From Cercozoa sp. M6MM (Eukaryota; Protista; Endomyxa: Ascetosporea): a DNA stretch of 64,000 nucleotides. Position numbers and translations under genes: made by a program. Each line of letters opens with the position of its first letter. The first letter of the stretch is position 1. This document shows, piece by piece, positions 61,989-64,000 of the stretch. The stretch is taken from assembly GCA_040357565.1 (NCBI GenBank), contig JBDODJ010000002.1. One strand, given 5' to 3'. The notes beneath the pieces are model-generated. The model saw only the letters and a list, made by a program, of their open reading frames with translations. It did no database searches and had not been told where the DNA came from.

Positions 61989-63966
61989 ATGCTCGCAACT
62001 CGGTGCGTGCGTTGCAAAGCTTGTTTTGCATTTTTTGCAATCTTTGCAGTGTTGAGTTTTGGTTGCACAGTGCGGCTTCGAAGCGACTAGGTGTGCGTTT
62101 CCTGGCAGCTCATGGTCTTCGTGGCCAGCGCAAAGATGCGACGAACTTTGGCGACGACCGCGTGTCGTTCATGTTCACGCTGGAGCACGACCGGCCGGGC
62201 GCTCTGCGTGAGGCTTTGGAGCTCTTCTTCCGGCACGACGTGCAGTTGACACACATCGAGAGCAAGCCCGTGCCTCTGGGTGAGAACCAGATCGAGTTCT
62301 TTCTGGATGCTGCCGTTGACGGCGAGGAGGCATGTTCCCCTTGTTACTCCTTTCCCATATCTGCACTGCTATTTCCCCTTGTTGCACAGGCACGGGCCAA
62401 CCTTGACAAGTGCCTCGAGCACATGAAGTCACGCTCTGAGGACTACTCGCAAGTTCTTGTCACGTAGCTTTAGCCTTCGCTTTTGTTCCTATGCTCTCTG
62501 TCAAGCCCCATCTTCCCTCACAGAGGCAGCAAGGAGGTGCCGTGGTTCCCGCGCAACCTGGAGGAGCTCGACAGTCTCGCCAACAATGTCCTCGAGGCTG
62601 GTGCTGATCTGGAATCGTAACACAATCTCTTCTTCATTTCCTATTTCCTGTGTATCTCATGTTTAATTCTTTGCCCTTCTTAGCGACCACCCTGGTTTTA
62701 ACGACCCGGAGTACCGCTCGCGCCGCAAGGAGATTGCGCAGTTCGCTGCCGACTTTAAGCTTGGGTAGTCCCTCCTCTTACTCCCTTCCCCACACCTTTG
62801 TTGACCTGTCTCTTCAGACGCCCCATCGACTACATTGAGTACACCGAGGCTGAGAACGCGACGTGGCAGGCCGTGTGGAACCAGCTTGTGCCGCAGTTCC
62901 GCAAACATGGCTGCAAGTATACTCTCTTCCTGTACACCCCCCCCCCCCGTTACCCATCACTCCCCTGTGCTTAGAGAGTTCCTGGAGTCGTTCGACCTGC
63001 TACGCGAGCGCGGTGCCTATAAGGAGGATCAGGTGCCGCAGCTGCGCGATGTCAGTGCCGTCCTCGCCCAGGTAAAGGGAGCATGGGGGGGTAAAGGTAG
63101 ACAGTGATGTTGCGTTGCTTGTGTCAACAGGAATCTGGCTTCATGCTGCGACCCGTAGCCGGTCTGCTGAGTGCGCGTGACTTCCTCTACGGTCTTGCCT
63201 TCCGAGTCTTCTACTGCACGCAGTGAGTTCTATACCTCCCTTCCCCTTGTTGCTCTCAATCCGCCACGTTTCTTGCTAGGTACATTCGTCATTCGAGTCG
63301 GCCGCTGTACACGCCCGAGCCGGACGTGGTGCACGAGCTCATGGGCCACGCGCCTCTTTTCGCCAACCGCGATTTTGCCGACTTCTCGCAGTGCATTGGT
63401 CTGGCTGGTAAGTGCACTCTGACCGAGTACAGGAAGGCACAAGGGACACATAGGATACATTAGCGCACATGGGGGATAAATGTAGCCATCGGTGCCACGG
63501 ACGAGCAGATCCTGCAACTGGCGCGCTGTTACTGGTTCACGGTTGAATTCGGCTTGTGCCGACAGGACAATGATCTCAAGGTTTACGGTGCCGGCATTTT
63601 GTCCTCGCCGGGTGAGCTCGAGTACGCCATGACGAGGTACCTTTGCCACACACTCTTTTGTCATCTTTTAACTCCCTCCCCCTAGTGACGAACCAGAGCG
63701 CGTGCCGTGGGATCCGTTCGTGGCCGCGCACACGGACTACCCGATCACAACGTACCAACCCAAGTACTTTGTAGCCGACTCATTCGCCGATGCCACGTAC
63801 TGCACTTATTCCACGGGATGTACTGGGCGGGCTATAATGGGTTTGTGTGTGCAGTGATCGCATGCGTGAATTTGCCGATTCATTCGAACGGCCGTTCGGT
63901 GTGTCGTTCAACCCGGCCACCAAAACCATTATCGTCGACCGCAACGTCAAGCTGCTCTCCAGGTAA
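61989..63966 (+). CDS. PAH: Phenylalanine 4-hydroxylase (ACT + biopterin-dependent hydroxylase domain) with presequence-like N-terminus
   Basis: PGALREAL...LTHIESKP; VPWFPR; [14 protein letters not shown]; [14 protein letters not shown]; CTQYIRH; [17 protein letters not shown]; [10 protein letters not shown]; [11 protein letters not shown]; YPITTYQP. The stop overlaps a possible GTAAG donor. Confidence 0.95.
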
Positions 63967-64000
63967 GGGCTGTCGTAGTCGTCGTGCTATGCAGTACCAA

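Noticed and set aside
1-64000. Alternative genetic code or stop-codon read-through
   Set aside because: Conserved genes splice into open frames and end in TAA, TAG or TGA; apparent in-frame stops fall inside introns.

Overview
Gene-dense eukaryotic nuclear DNA from a flagellated protist (IFT46 is present). It uses the standard genetic code and is very intron-rich, with mostly ~50-100 nt GT-AG spliceosomal introns, so the supplied ORF track is mostly exon fragments. Manual splicing gives about 24 genes, many in head-to-head pairs. Recognisable genes: SF3A1, SF3B6, GAR1, a monoglyceride-lipase-type hydrolase, FAM32A, a Nup58-like FG nucleoporin, a GT92-like glycosyltransferase, AP-2 mu, a CorA/ALR Mg transporter, a membrane-anchored S33-type hydrolase, IFT46, RIC1, RPP40, RRP7, a class II HDAC and phenylalanine hydroxylase. 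Most notable: (1) a CCR4/Angel-type EEP nuclease with a whole Mut7-C PIN/zinc-ribbon domain inserted inside its catalytic fold; (2) an inverted pair of ~97% identical, structured ~190 nt non-coding units, each followed by a T6 run; (3) strand-specific, nearly G-free, telomere-like (TACCCC/CCCTTA) introns together with very degenerate 5' splice sites; (4) a PHD-HDAC fusion and a macroH2A-like macrodomain protein without a histone fold. No tRNA, rRNA, snRNA or CRISPR array was recognised. All gene models are hand-spliced and all family calls come from remembered motifs, not from database searches.
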